From: Thermodesulfobacteriota bacterium
Lineage (GTDB): Bacteria > Desulfobacterota_D > UBA1144 > Nemesobacterales > UBA2774
Reading direction: 5' to 3'
Assembly (NCBI GenBank): GCA_965223335.1
Contig: OZ244991.1
Location: 1,257,856 to 1,321,855 of the forward strand
DNA length: 64,000 nucleotides
The notes under the pieces were generated by a model. The model was given only the letters and a program-made list of their open reading frames with translations. It was not told the DNA's origin and made no database searches. This document shows, piece by piece, positions 47,342-57,095 of this stretch; position 1 is the stretch's first letter, and each line of letters opens with the position of its first letter. A program made the position numbers and the translations under genes.

Positions 47342-47677
47342 ATGGGACACACGAAAGCTACACATCTAGGTGGAAAGGTAAGACCCTATAAGAGCTATGT
47401 CTCGCGCAAGGTGATCGTATTAATAGTCTTAGCGGTGCTCGTGGCGCTTTTTTATGTGCGTATAAAAGTTGAGAAGGTCAGTCTCGGGTACGCGATATCT
47501 GCAAACAAAAAAATACATAAAGAGCTGGTAGAAGAAAACAGGTTGCTACAGTCGGAGCTCCTTAAACTCAAATCCCCTGATAGGCTAGAGAGGATCGGGC
47601 TTCATCTCGGGTTTAAGTTTCCAACTCAGAAAGACATTATCTATATGGAGAAACGAACTGTAATCGGGAACCGATGA
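47342..47677 (+). CDS. ftsL: cell division protein FtsL-like (small bitopic, coiled coil)
   Basis: 111 aa. Single TM helix (VIVLIVLAVLVALFYV) then a coiled coil. Sits between rsmH and ftsI, the usual FtsL position. Confidence 0.6.
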   Translation: MGHTKATHLGGKVRPYKSYVSRKVIVLIVLAVLVALFYVRIKVEKVSLGYAISANKKIHKELVEENRLLQSELLKLKSPDRLERIGLHLGFKFPTQKDIIYMEKRTVIGNR

Positions 47678-49590
47678 CAAAGAGGAACAAAAGCTCAAAA
47701 CGCATCTCGTTGGCAAGGGATCTGGATAGGCCCCGCTGGAAGGTCTATTTCCTGGGGTTTTTGATAATCACACTCTTCGGGATGGTCTCGTATAAAGCCT
47801 TTGAGCTTCAGGTGCTCGATAGAGAACGTGCGTTTAAGATTGCAAAAAGGCAGCATAACGGCACCACGACGCTGCTGCCCAGACGCGGCTCGGTACTCGA
47901 TAGAAACATGAGGGAGCTTGCGGTTAATGTAGAGGTTAAATCTGTTTATGCAAACCCAAACGGCATAAGTGATCCCGGAGCGGTGGCGAAGTTGTTAGCC
48001 AAGCCGCTTGGGATGACGGAAAAAGAGTTAATCAACAAACTTGTGTCCAAGAAATCGTTTGTCTGGATTAAAAGGCTCATCGATCCCTCGGTAGCCCAAA
48101 CCGTGAAGGAACTAAATCTAAAGGGCATAGGCTTGGTGCAAGAGCCGAAACGTGTTTATCCAAACGGCACCCTCATGGGTCAGGTGCTTGGGTTTACCAA
48201 TATAGACTCAAAAGGGATCGAGGGTTTGGAGTTCCATCTAGACAGTCTGCTGATCGGCAAACCACAGAGTATTACTCTTAAACGTGATGCGAGGGGCCGC
48301 AGGATTGTACATATCCCAGATCAGCTAAACGGCGACACCTCGGGCCACGATGTAGTGCTAACGATCGACTCACAGATACAGCACATCGTCGAGCGCGAGC
48401 TTAAAGACGGCATCCAAAAAGTATCGGGCGAAAAAGGCATTGCCATTCTTACAAACCCAGAGACCGGTGAGATATTGGCATTGGCATCATACCCTGCACT
48501 TGATCCGAACAAGTATCGTAAATACCCCTCTGCCAACAAGAGGAATCTGCCGATTTGGTACTCGTACGAGCCCGGGTCTACTATGAAGATGTTCCTAGCG
48601 GCCTCGGCACTTGAGGAGAAAAAAGCAAACAGGAACACAACTTTTGACTGCGAACACGGCAGGAGAAGAATCGGCTCTTCCGTAATTAAAGATGTAAAAC
48701 CACACGGCACGCTTACACTTGCCGATGTTATAAAGTACTCGAGCAACATAGGCGCTTCTAAAGTCGGTGAACTGCTAGGCAAACAAACTTATCACCGCTA
48801 TCTTACCGATTTTGGTTTTGGGGAGAAAATGGGGATTGACCTGCCCGGCGAGTCCTCGGGTAAGGTTCTGGACCCGAAAAAATGGGGTAAGGTCGAGCTT
48901 GCAACCATCTCATTCGGTCAAGGTGTATCAGTAACGGCTCTCCAGCTCGTCACTGCACTGTCGGCAATTGCAAACGGGGGTTATCTGATGAAGCCCTACG
49001 TCGTTAAACAGATCATAGGTTCAAACGGCGGTGTGATAAAGGAGAACAAACCCGAAACTATAAGACGTGTGATATCGTACGACACGGCAAAAGAAGTGAC
49101 AAAAATGCTAGAATCCGTAGTGGAGAGCGGCACGGGTAAAAAGGCTCAGGTTGCCGGTTATCATGTGGCTGGGAAAACCGGTACTGCCCAGGTCCCAAAC
49201 CCCAAAACCGGTAAGTACTACAAAGACAAATACATCGCGTCGTTCGCGGGGTTTGCCCCAGCGGAGGACCCAAAGGTCTCGCTCGTTGTAATAGTCGAAG
49301 CCCCTAAGACTCTCACACACGGGGGATCGGTAGCAGGCCCCATTTTTAAACACATCGCTGAGAAGGTGTTGTTTCACATGGGTGTCGAGTCCAACAAGGA
49401 ATTCGTAGGGGTAAAGGTAATGCCGGATCTAAGCGGGATGAGCGCGAGAGAGATTTTGATATGGTCGGAGAAAGAGGGGATCAAGGTAAAGCTTAAGGGC
49501 AGCGGGTTCGTTAAGAACCAAGAGCCCGGTCCAGGTGAACTAATTCAGGAGGGTAGTACGTGCTCAATCGAGCTCGAACAGACGATATGA
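47674..49590 (+). CDS. ftsI: peptidoglycan D,D-transpeptidase FtsI (class B PBP) with C-terminal PASTA domain
   Basis: 638 aa. Start ATGA overlaps the ftsL stop. N-terminal TM, a dimerisation domain, and a transpeptidase domain with STMK, SSN and KTGTA motifs. C-terminal ...VKVMPDLSGMSAREILIWSEKEGIKVKLKG... resembles a PASTA domain. Confidence 0.9.
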   Translation: MTKRNKSSKRISLARDLDRPRWKVYFLGFLIITLFGMVSYKAFELQVLDRERAFKIAKRQHNGTTTLLPRRGSVLDRNMRELAVNVEVKSVYANPNGISDPGAVAKLLAKPLGMTEKELINKLVSKKSFVWIKRLIDPSVAQTVKELNLKGIGLVQEPKRVYPNGTLMGQVLGFTNIDSKGIEGLEFHLDSLLIGKPQSITLKRDARGRRIVHIPDQLNGDTSGHDVVLTIDSQIQHIVERELKDGIQKVSGEKGIAILTNPETGEILALASYPALDPNKYRKYPSANKRNLPIWYSYEPGSTMKMFLAASALEEKKANRNTTFDCEHGRRRIGSSVIKDVKPHGTLTLADVIKYSSNIGASKVGELLGKQTYHRYLTDFGFGEKMGIDLPGESSGKVLDPKKWGKVELATISFGQGVSVTALQLVTALSAIANGGYLMKPYVVKQIIGSNGGVIKENKPETIRRVISYDTAKEVTKMLESVVESGTGKKAQVAGYHVAGKTGTAQVPNPKTGKYYKDKYIASFAGFAPAEDPKVSLVVIVEAPKTLTHGGSVAGPIFKHIAEKVLFHMGVESNKEFVGVKVMPDLSGMSAREILIWSEKEGIKVKLKGSGFVKNQEPGPGELIQEGSTCSIELEQTI

Positions 49591-51077
49591 TATTGGAGGA
49601 TCTGCTGCGCGGGATCAATGTCCGCCGAGTGCTCGGGCCCCGTGATGCGGAAATTGACGGTATATCGATCGATTCCAAAAGCGTTACGAAAGGAGACCTT
49701 TTTGTTGCAATAAAAGGTGCGAAATCTGACGGCCATAACTACATAGACTCAGCAATTAGCAAAGGGGCGAGTGCTGTGCTTGTCGAGGATGTACCCGATC
49801 AATTGAACAAGGGCATACCCGTAATTGAGGTAGCGGATACAAGGATGGGGCTCGCAGATATATCTGCCAACTTTTATAACCACCCTACCAAAGATCTTGT
49901 GCTGGTCGGTATTACCGGCACAAACGGTAAAACCACTGTTACCTATCTGCTCGAGTCTATTTGGGCGTACGAAGGTCTTAGCCCCGGTGTGGTGGGCACG
50001 ATTGATTACAGATATAAAGGCAAGACCACCGCATCGAACATGACCACACCCGAATCGCACGATCTTATGGAGACTCTGAGCACTATGAGGCATAGTGGGG
50101 TGAGCCACGTCGCAATGGAGGTGTCTTCACACGCGCTCGATAAGGACAGGGTAAGGGGATGTGAGTTCGATGTAGCAGTTTATACAAATCTGAGTCAGGA
50201 CCATCTGGATTATCACAAATCAATAGAAGACTATTTCGATGCGAAGAAAAAGCTTTTTACCGAAGTACTACCACAAAGCAGTAAGAGCATGCTCTGTTCT
50301 GTAATAAATCTAGACGATGAGTATGGCGAGCGTTTATCGAAAGAGGCCCGGGGCGAGATAGTGCTCTATTCAGTCGAAAACAGTAATGCAAATTTTTATG
50401 CCAAAAAAATTAACATAAGCGAGAAAGGTATATCGGCCATCATTAAGACCCCGGGGGATAACATCACAATCAATAGCGGGCTCCTGGGCAAACACAACCT
50501 ATCCAACATCCTGGCTGCAGTGGCCACGGCCTATTCACTTGGGGTATCGAGTGACACTATAGAGAAAGGGATTAATGAGCTTAAGTCCGTGCCAGGAAGG
50601 TTAGAGGCAATACAAAACCCCTTTGGGTTTACGATTCTGGTGGACTATGCACACACGCCCGATGCATTGTCTAACGTGCTACGCGCGCTGCGTTCATTTA
50701 CCAAGGGCAGAATCGTCACCGTATTCGGCTGCGGTGGGGACAGAGACAAGACCAAGAGACCGCTTATGGGAGAGATAGGACGCGAGCTCTCGGACCTGTT
50801 GATCGTTACCTCGGACAACCCGCGCACAGAAGACCCAGAGAAAATTATAGACGACATTGAAAAAGGAGTGTTCGGTGTAGACGACAGCAAAGAGAACTAT
50901 TACAGGATCTCTGACCGAAGGTCCTCGATTAAAAAAGCATTGGACATTGCCAGAGAGCACGACACCGTGCTCATAGCGGGTAAGGGGCACGAGGATTACC
51001 AGATAGTGGGCACTACGAAGCATTCATTTGATGACAGGGAAGTTGCAAGAGAGATTTTAAGAGAAAAGTTAAATTAA
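49587..51077 (+). CDS. murE: UDP-N-acetylmuramoyl-L-alanyl-D-glutamate--2,6-diaminopimelate ligase (DNPR motif, meso-DAP type)
   Basis: The ATG at 49587 overlaps the ftsI stop (ATGA). Motifs GTNGKTT and DNPR (LIVTSDNPRTEDPE). The ORF-track start at 49560 overlaps ftsI further. Confidence 0.9.
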   Translation: MILEDLLRGINVRRVLGPRDAEIDGISIDSKSVTKGDLFVAIKGAKSDGHNYIDSAISKGASAVLVEDVPDQLNKGIPVIEVADTRMGLADISANFYNHPTKDLVLVGITGTNGKTTVTYLLESIWAYEGLSPGVVGTIDYRYKGKTTASNMTTPESHDLMETLSTMRHSGVSHVAMEVSSHALDKDRVRGCEFDVAVYTNLSQDHLDYHKSIEDYFDAKKKLFTEVLPQSSKSMLCSVINLDDEYGERLSKEARGEIVLYSVENSNANFYAKKINISEKGISAIIKTPGDNITINSGLLGKHNLSNILAAVATAYSLGVSSDTIEKGINELKSVPGRLEAIQNPFGFTILVDYAHTPDALSNVLRALRSFTKGRIVTVFGCGGDRDKTKRPLMGEIGRELSDLLIVTSDNPRTEDPEKIIDDIEKGVFGVDDSKENYYRISDRRSSIKKALDIAREHDTVLIAGKGHEDYQIVGTTKHSFDDREVAREILREKLN

Positions 51078-51084
51078 ATTCAGT

Positions 51085-52455
51085 GTGATTATGTTTACGG
51101 TGAGCGACGTGATAAAGGCTACGAATGGCGAGTTGTTATCGGGATTAAAAGATAGATCCATTAAAGCTGTGTCTATAGATTCCAGAACTATAGGCGAGCA
51201 AGAGCTCTTCTTTGCGATACGGGGAGAAAACTTCGACGGCCATGACTATCTGGAAGAGGTCTTTAGTCGAGGTGCTTCGGGAGCCATCGTTGAAAAAGAG
51301 CCGGGCACAGACCTCGGATCTAACACAGTTGTTAAAGTGCAGTCTACACTGGGTGCGCTTGGGGACCTGGCATCGGCGTGGAGAAAGAGTTTCCCTCAAT
51401 TGAAACTGGCTGCAATTACCGGATCAAACGGTAAAACGACTACTAAAGAGATGGCTTGGAGCATTCTGTCCATTTCAGAGCCTGTGTTAAAAAACAGCGG
51501 CAATTTCAACAACTTAATCGGCTTACCGCTAACACTATTGCAGTTAAAGCCCGAACACCAAAGTGCTGTGGTCGAGTTAGGGATGAACGACTTTGGCGAG
51601 ATCGAACGTCTGGCGGAGATATGCGCACCCGATGTAGGGCTCATTACAAATATAGGGAGTGCTCACCTCGAAAAGCTGGGCAGTGTGGACGGGGTGGCAA
51701 AGGCAAAAGGAGAGCTAGTCGAGAATTTTACCGATAACAATATTTTCGTTGTTAATATGGACGATGAAAGGGTGAGGACAATCGCCAGCTCAATTTCGTG
51801 TGAGAAGATTACATATGGGATTGAGTACAGCAACGCGCAGCTAAGGGCTACTGATATTAAATTTCATGGCACAGAGGAGATCGAGTTCGATCTCAATATC
51901 GATGGCAGAACCTATCCCGTAAAGATTAAGGGTATAGGCAGGCACAATGTGATGAATGCGCTTGGGGCAAGCGGTATTGCGTTGGCATTTGGTTGTGGCG
52001 GTGAGGAAATAGCCCGGGGGCTTAGTAACTATAGACCAGTAGATATGAGGCTCGAGGTACTACAGTCACGGACCGGTGCTAGTGTCATAAACGATTGCTA
52101 TAATGCCAACCCCGACTCGATGCGTAATGCGATATCGGAGCTCATGAGACTTAGAGGCGGAGGCGTGGCTATAGCGGTCCTAGGCGACATGCTTGAGCTC
52201 GGGGAGAGGAGCGAGCAGGCGCACCGGGAGCTTGGGGAATTTGCATCCCACTCCGGTGTGGATTATCTGGTTGCGTACGGTAACTACGCAAGGAGTGTGA
52301 TAGAGGGATTTGGTAAAAGCAAGCAGAGCTCGTTGGTAGAGACCCACGGGGAAGCGGCAGAGATTGTATTGAGCATGGCTCAGGAAAATGATGTTGTACT
52401 GGTTAAAGGATCTAGGGGAATGAGGATGGAAGAAGTAGTGAACAGACTGGTTTAG
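51085..52455 (+). CDS. murF: UDP-N-acetylmuramoyl-tripeptide--D-alanyl-D-alanine ligase
   Basis: 456 aa. P-loop ITGSNGKTTTKEM. Typical MurF N-terminus. Alternative ATG start at 51091. Confidence 0.9.
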   Translation: MIMFTVSDVIKATNGELLSGLKDRSIKAVSIDSRTIGEQELFFAIRGENFDGHDYLEEVFSRGASGAIVEKEPGTDLGSNTVVKVQSTLGALGDLASAWRKSFPQLKLAAITGSNGKTTTKEMAWSILSISEPVLKNSGNFNNLIGLPLTLLQLKPEHQSAVVELGMNDFGEIERLAEICAPDVGLITNIGSAHLEKLGSVDGVAKAKGELVENFTDNNIFVVNMDDERVRTIASSISCEKITYGIEYSNAQLRATDIKFHGTEEIEFDLNIDGRTYPVKIKGIGRHNVMNALGASGIALAFGCGGEEIARGLSNYRPVDMRLEVLQSRTGASVINDCYNANPDSMRNAISELMRLRGGGVAIAVLGDMLELGERSEQAHRELGEFASHSGVDYLVAYGNYARSVIEGFGKSKQSSLVETHGEAAEIVLSMAQENDVVLVKGSRGMRMEEVVNRLV

Positions 52456-52469
52456 GGAGTGGTGAATAG

Positions 52470-53579
52470 GTGTTACATCTCCTCTATTTATTAAAAGAGG
52501 ATTTTATACTATTTAATGTATTTAGGTACATAACATTTCGCTCTATAGGTGCTGGGGTCACTGCGTTTGTGATCTGTATCCTGCTTGGCGGGGTGTTTAT
52601 TGATTTTCTCACACGGCGACAGCTCCAAGAGAATATTCGCGACGACGGCCCCCCCTCGCACAAAACCAAGGCGGGCACACCGACTATGGGCGGGGCATTC
52701 GTAGTCGTAGCTATAGCGGTGGCGTCGCTGCTATGGGTAAACCTGACTAGTGCCGTTATATGGGTGGTGCTCCTATTCACATGCACTTACGGAGTGATCG
52801 GGTTTAGGGACGACTGGCTTAAATACACCAGGGGCAAGGGGATGAGCGCCAGGCTAAAGTTCTCTCTACAGGTAGGTTCTGCGTTTGTCTTCATCTTATT
52901 ACTGATTACAGCAATAGACGGGTTTACGATGTCTATCCGCGCAGATGAGGTGCAGAACTATAGCTATACCTCGGTCATATTCCCGTTCTTCAAAAAGATA
53001 GCAATCAATATGGGTTGGCTGTACATACCGTTTGCAATAATAGTGGTTGTGGGGTCGTCAAACGCTGTAAATCTAACAGATGGGCTTGACGGACTTGCAA
53101 TAGGTTCAATCGCAGTGGTAGCTGCTACCTATCTTATATTCGCATACTTGTCGGGGCATATTGAGTTCTCGAGATACCTACAGATTCCCTACATCCCCGG
53201 GGGTGGTGAGCTGGCAGTGTTTCTGGCAGCGGTAGGGGGGGCGTGTTTGGGCTTCCTTTGGTACAACTCTCACCCGGCTGAGGTCTTTATGGGCGATGTG
53301 GGCTCGCTTGCATTAGGTGCGGCCATAGGTTCCGTAGCACTTGTGATTAAGCAGGAAATTCTATTGGTAGTGGTAGGTGGATTATTTGTGGCGGAGGCAA
53401 TGTCGGTAATTATTCAGGTGATTTCTTACAAGCTAACGGGTAAGCGGGTTTTTAAAATGGCCCCGTTACATCATCACTTTGAGCTTAGCGGATGGTCAGA
53501 GTCAAAGATTGTGATCAGGTTTTGGATCATATCTTTGGTGCTGTCGTTGTTCGCATTATCGACATTAAAGCTCAGGTAG
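52470..53579 (+). CDS. mraY: phospho-N-acetylmuramoyl-pentapeptide transferase
   Basis: GTG start with a GGGAG RBS. N-terminal VFRYITFRS. Ten TM segments. Motifs NAVNLTDGLDGLAIG and VFMGDVGSLALG. Confidence 0.95.
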   Translation: MLHLLYLLKEDFILFNVFRYITFRSIGAGVTAFVICILLGGVFIDFLTRRQLQENIRDDGPPSHKTKAGTPTMGGAFVVVAIAVASLLWVNLTSAVIWVVLLFTCTYGVIGFRDDWLKYTRGKGMSARLKFSLQVGSAFVFILLLITAIDGFTMSIRADEVQNYSYTSVIFPFFKKIAINMGWLYIPFAIIVVVGSSNAVNLTDGLDGLAIGSIAVVAATYLIFAYLSGHIEFSRYLQIPYIPGGGELAVFLAAVGGACLGFLWYNSHPAEVFMGDVGSLALGAAIGSVALVIKQEILLVVVGGLFVAEAMSVIIQVISYKLTGKRVFKMAPLHHHFELSGWSESKIVIRFWIISLVLSLFALSTLKLR

Positions 53580-53585
53580 TGATAA

Positions 53586-54920
53586 ATGGAGATAAGTGGG
53601 CATAAGGTGTTAGTCGTAGGCGCGGGAAAAACAGGTTTAGAAGCTGCAAAGTTCTTAATGAACAAAGGAGCTCAAGTGACTATTAGCGATAGTGCACAGA
53701 TGGATAGCCTCTCTCCCGAGATAAAAGCTCTGGGGAGCCGAGGTGTAAGAATCGAGGCCGGGGGACACGGGACTGATACATTCACCGGGGCTGATATGAT
53801 AGTTGTAAGCCCGGGAGTGCCTCTAAGTATCCCGGTGCTAAAAGAGGCATCTCAGCACGGAGTGGAGATAATTAGCGAGATAGAGCTTGCCTCGAGGTTC
53901 ATTGCTACGCCGATAATAGCGGTCACCGGTTCTAACGGTAAAACCACCACGACTACTATGATTGCACGCATACTAGAGAGCGCCGGGCAAAGTGTTTTCC
54001 TTGGGGGCAATATCGGGACCCCGCCCATATCGATTGTTGAGAAGAGCGATGAATACGACTACCTAGTGCTCGAAGTAAGCAGCTTCCAGCTAGAGGCCAC
54101 TGCACGATTTAAACCCCATATCGCACTGCTGCTTAATATTACGCCTAACCACCTGGACCATCACCAGAGCTACAAAGAATATATAGACGCCAAGATGAGG
54201 ATTTTTAAGAACCAGACCCCTGATGATTACGCTATATATAACTCTGAGGACGGTGTAATAGATGAGAATATGCCTGACCTCGGTTCTGTGCCTGTTACAT
54301 TCGGGTACTCGGACCGAGAAAACGGTGTGTGGTCTGACGGGCAAATTATCCATTATAAAGACGAGAGCTTTGATCTACGCGGTATGAAGCTTGTAGGTAA
54401 ACATAATATAGAGAATGCAATGGCTGCTGTAGCTGTAGCAATTATAATCGGCTGCCCGCGGGAAATTATCGAGAGAGAGATAAGGGAGTTCCACCCGCTA
54501 CCTTATAGGATTGAGTATGTGGGTGAGGTAGAGGGTGTGGCTATCTATAACGACTCCAAGTCCACAAGCCCTGCGGCCACGGCTAGTGCACTCAAAAGCC
54601 TCGGTCCCCGGACGATTCTTATAGCCGGTGGTAAGGACAAGGGTACTAGCTTCGATGCTCTTATAGAGCCGATTAAACAGAATGCGAAACTATTGATATT
54701 ACTTGGCGAGACGAAACACAGGATGAGGGACGAACTGGGGGAGGGTATAGAGACTCGGGTGGTGGACACACTTGAGGATGCGGTAAGTAATGCACTTGAG
54801 CATAGCAGCGAGGGGGATAAGATCCTTTTTTCGCCTGCGTGTTCGAGTTTCGATATGTTCGGTTCTTACGAAGAAAGAGGAAGGAGGTTTCAAGAGATTG
54901 TCAGCGGCCTCGGTAACTGA
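53586..54920 (+). CDS. murD: UDP-N-acetylmuramoylalanine--D-glutamate ligase
   Basis: 444 aa. N-terminal VLVVGAGKTGLEAA. P-loop VTGSNGKTTTT. Confidence 0.9.
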   Translation: MEISGHKVLVVGAGKTGLEAAKFLMNKGAQVTISDSAQMDSLSPEIKALGSRGVRIEAGGHGTDTFTGADMIVVSPGVPLSIPVLKEASQHGVEIISEIELASRFIATPIIAVTGSNGKTTTTTMIARILESAGQSVFLGGNIGTPPISIVEKSDEYDYLVLEVSSFQLEATARFKPHIALLLNITPNHLDHHQSYKEYIDAKMRIFKNQTPDDYAIYNSEDGVIDENMPDLGSVPVTFGYSDRENGVWSDGQIIHYKDESFDLRGMKLVGKHNIENAMAAVAVAIIIGCPREIIEREIREFHPLPYRIEYVGEVEGVAIYNDSKSTSPAATASALKSLGPRTILIAGGKDKGTSFDALIEPIKQNAKLLILLGETKHRMRDELGEGIETRVVDTLEDAVSNALEHSSEGDKILFSPACSSFDMFGSYEERGRRFQEIVSGLGN

Positions 54921-56013
54921 TAAGAGAAGGAATTACGATTGGGGAGTAATAATATCGGTAATATTCCTTGTTGCTATGGGAGTGCTTATGGTCTATAGCA
55001 CAAGCTCGGTCTATGCACTCGAGAAATTCGGCGACCCCAACTTTTTCTTAAAGCGCCACGCCATATATCTGTCTATGGGTATTGTTGCGATGGTGGTGAT
55101 GATGCACATCGACTACAGGATTCTTAAAAAACTCGTGTTCCCGGCCTATTTGCTGGGATTGGCGCTTCTTATCATTGTGCTAGTACCCAGCATTGGCAAG
55201 CAGGTAAGCGGTGCGCGCCGCTGGATAGATATAGGTGCTTTTACGTTCCAGCCCTCAGAGGTTGCGAAATATATACTGGTCCTCTACCTCGCATATTCGC
55301 TTACAAAGAAACGCGATAAGCTCGACAGTTTTATAGTGGGGTTCGCATCGCACATTATGGTTGCGGGTGCATACATAATATTGATCCTTTTGGAGCCCGA
55401 CTTCGGGACGGCAACAACGCTGTTGGTTGTTCTATTTGCCATGATGTTTATAGGGGGTGTCAGAATAAAGTATATGGTGCCGCTTGGCGTCGTATCGGTA
55501 GTACTGCTTGTATTAGCGGTGCTTACCAAGGGCTACAGGATGAAGCGTGTGATATCGTTCCTTGACCCCTGGAAAGACCCGCTCGGTTCCGGGTACCAGG
55601 CTGTGCAGTCTTTTATAGCGTTTGGTCTGGGCGGGATATCAGGCACGGGGCTTGGCGACAGTGCTCAGAAACTGTTTTTCCTACCGCAGGCTCACACCGA
55701 TTTTATATTCTCTATCATAGGCGAGGAGCTTGGGTTTATCGGAGTCGTATTGGTAATACTGGCATTCATATTTTTATTCGTAAGGAGCCTTAAGGTAGCA
55801 CTCAATGCGCCTGACCTGTTTGGCTGTTACCTTGTGTTCGGGTGCATAATGCTCATCACACTGCAGGCTGCAGTGAACATGGCGGTGGCTGTGGGGTTGT
55901 TTCCGACAAAGGGGCTTACACTGCCGTTTATAAGCTATGGAGGTACATCACTCGTTGCAACTTTGGGTGCTATGGGGATCATACTCAGCGTATCTAAAGC
56001 GAGAATAAAATGA
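54898..56013 (+). CDS. ftsW: peptidoglycan glycosyltransferase / lipid II flippase FtsW (SEDS family)
   Basis: SEDS polytopic protein. I propose a TTG start at 54898, 10 nt after an AGGAGG RBS (54882-54887), which overlaps the murD 3' end by 23 nt. The ORF-track ATG at 54790 would add an unconserved Arg-rich extension of about 36 aa. The start is uncertain. Confidence 0.8.
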   Translation: MSAASVTDKRRNYDWGVIISVIFLVAMGVLMVYSTSSVYALEKFGDPNFFLKRHAIYLSMGIVAMVVMMHIDYRILKKLVFPAYLLGLALLIIVLVPSIGKQVSGARRWIDIGAFTFQPSEVAKYILVLYLAYSLTKKRDKLDSFIVGFASHIMVAGAYIILILLEPDFGTATTLLVVLFAMMFIGGVRIKYMVPLGVVSVVLLVLAVLTKGYRMKRVISFLDPWKDPLGSGYQAVQSFIAFGLGGISGTGLGDSAQKLFFLPQAHTDFIFSIIGEELGFIGVVLVILAFIFLFVRSLKVALNAPDLFGCYLVFGCIMLITLQAAVNMAVAVGLFPTKGLTLPFISYGGTSLVATLGAMGIILSVSKARIK

Positions 56014-57095
56014 AGATTATCATAGCCGGGGGAGGCACAGGCGGTCACATCTTTCCGGCCATTGCAATAGCAGATGAGATTACAAAACGAGGTTCTAACA
56101 ACGTTGTGCAGTTTGTGGGTACTAAAAAAGGGTTAGAGAACGAAATGGTTAGAGAACGAAACTACTCAATAGAGTTCATATCCTCAGGAGGCATAGTGGG
56201 TAAAGGCATATTGGACAGCCTAGCGGGCATGGTATCGGCCGCAAGAGGGCTATTTGAATCGTTTAGTATTATCCGCCGCTTTAAGCCCGATGCAGTGCTC
56301 GGAGTTGGGGGATATGCTTCAGGACCCATAGTACTTGCAGCGGCTATACTCAGAGTACCTACCGCTATTTGCGAGCCCAACTCGTTCCCCGGGCTCACAA
56401 ACAGGCTCCTGGGTAAGGTGGCGGGCAAGGTCTTTACCGCCTACCGAGCTGCTAGGGGTTTTTTCCCCGCCCACAAAATTGCGCTTACCGGCAACCCTGT
56501 GAGGCAGAGCATACTAGAGACTAACAATGAGAACGGAAATCCTGACAACATACGAATACTAATTTTCGGCGGCAGTCAGGGGTCGGCGAGACTAAACGAT
56601 TCGGTGCCCAAAGCCCTAGGTCTTATGGACAGAAAGGATATATCGGTGCTCCATCAAACGGGTAAATCGGATATGGAGAGTGTTAGAAAAACATATGACT
56701 GGTACGGGATCAGTGCTGAGGTCCTCCCGTTTATAGTTGATATGGCAGGCGCATACTCAAGAGCTGATTTTGTGGTTGGCAGGTCTGGTGCCGGAACGGT
56801 ATCGGAGCTCACGGTGCTGGGCAAGCCGTCGCTGCTTATTCCATATCCCTATGCCACTCACAATCACCAGCGCTACAACGCAAAGGAATTGGTCGACGAG
56901 GGGGCCGCTGTGATGCTAAGCGACAGTGACGCCACGCCCGAGAATATCGCACGGGTATTAACCGAGTTGTTTGAGGATGATAAATTGGTACAAATGGCTC
57001 AAAAAGCCAAAGCACTGGGAATGCCGAATGCAACCACTGATATAGTCGACGCTATTTATGAACTTGCCGGAGTGAGATTGTGTACGGGAGAGTAA
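56010..57095 (+). CDS. murG: UDP-N-acetylglucosamine--N-acetylmuramyl-(pentapeptide) pyrophosphoryl-undecaprenol N-acetylglucosamine transferase
   Basis: 361 aa. N-terminal IAGGGTGGHIFPA. ATGA overlap with the ftsW stop. Confidence 0.92.
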   Translation: MKIIIAGGGTGGHIFPAIAIADEITKRGSNNVVQFVGTKKGLENEMVRERNYSIEFISSGGIVGKGILDSLAGMVSAARGLFESFSIIRRFKPDAVLGVGGYASGPIVLAAAILRVPTAICEPNSFPGLTNRLLGKVAGKVFTAYRAARGFFPAHKIALTGNPVRQSILETNNENGNPDNIRILIFGGSQGSARLNDSVPKALGLMDRKDISVLHQTGKSDMESVRKTYDWYGISAEVLPFIVDMAGAYSRADFVVGRSGAGTVSELTVLGKPSLLIPYPYATHNHQRYNAKELVDEGAAVMLSDSDATPENIARVLTELFEDDKLVQMAQKAKALGMPNATTDIVDAIYELAGVRLCTGE